The translations under genes and the position numbers were made by a program. Source: an uncultured Zetaproteobacteria bacterium (GTDB lineage: Bacteria > Pseudomonadota > Zetaproteobacteria > Mariprofundales > Mariprofundaceae). Taken from it: 26,450 bases of DNA. How positions within the stretch are numbered: the first letter of the stretch is position 1; each line of letters starts with the position of its first letter. Below the pieces are notes generated by a model. It was not told the DNA's origin. It ran no database searches and was given only the letters and a program-made list of their open reading frames with translations. This document shows positions 26,142-26,450 of the stretch, in pieces. The stretch lies in assembly GCA_964509005.1 (NCBI GenBank), contig CAZDWG010000002.1, positions 1-26,450 of the forward strand, written 5' to 3'.

Positions 26142-26288
26142 CTGTTGTCGGAGTACCGGCATTTTCGCAAGCGGTATTGGGGTTAGCATTTGTGGGGCAG
26201 GGGTTGCTGGGTTTGTTCCTGCGGGAATGTGGCGGATGAAGTATGGAAAGAATATATCAAGAATCAGAAGCTGCCGAAACTGGACGAT
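26142..26288 (+). pseudogene. tnpA: IS200/IS605-family tnpA (Y1 HUH transposase) C-terminal relic
   Basis: Own translation LLSEYRHFRKRYWG*HLWGRGCWVCSCGNVADEVWKEYIKNQKLPKLDD matches the TnpA tail '..RKRYWG.HLW.RGY...S.G.V....I..YI..Q'. In-frame TAG at 26184-86; N-terminal HUH part absent. Confidence 0.8.
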
Positions 26289-26348
26289 ACTATACCAGCG
26301 ATCTTTCTTCTTGTCTGTCGAAAATCAATGGCGGATGCGGGGGTTAAC

Positions 26349-26367
26349 ACGCCGTGGTTTGCGGCGT
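26349..26367 (+). mobile_element. Putative IS200/IS605 subterminal hairpin
   Basis: ACGCCGT-GGTTT-GCGGCGT stem-loop (one G:T) ~60 bp after the tnpA relic. Confidence 0.5.
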
Positions 26368-26450
26368 AGTCAGCGTGTAGCATTGCCCGCGTCCGCCTGG
26401 CGCGGGCTTTAAATCATGAAGTTGAGGGCTGGCGAATGTCTGACGTCAAG

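Overview
A 26.45-kb bacterial chromosomal window, proteobacterial-looking. A microaerophilic chemolithotroph such as a Mariprofundus-like zetaproteobacterium is my guess from gene content only. The left half (1-12030) is housekeeping: a partial SLT-like lipoprotein, a 1267-aa DUF3683-type FAD/Fe-S oxidoreductase, an aspartate aminotransferase, and an mlaF-E-D-C operon running into an AsmA/YhdP-like gene. Its intergenic spaces hold nested miniature inverted-repeat elements with clean target-site duplications. The right half (12519-26022) is a ~13.5-kb terminal-oxidase region. It begins with cyt c - coxC - SCO - coxB - coxA - ctaB, encoding an A2-type (YSHPxVY) heme-copper oxidase with an intact D-channel. 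All canonical K-channel residues are replaced by hydrophobic ones, including the subunit II entry Glu. Next come a Sel1 protein, an uncalled 40-aa CoxF-like membrane peptide and a GyrI-like protein. These are followed by a second single-TM CuA subunit II, a cytochrome b561, and a COX1-fold protein that keeps the heme ligands but lacks the CuB His-His pair and the cross-linking Tyr. That gene is translationally coupled to heme A synthase and followed by a YajR-like MFS. A second SCO, a lipoprotein cytochrome c and an IS200/IS605 tnpA relic close the window. No rRNA, tRNA or CRISPR array was seen. All residue comparisons are by-eye alignments to remembered reference motifs, not database searches.
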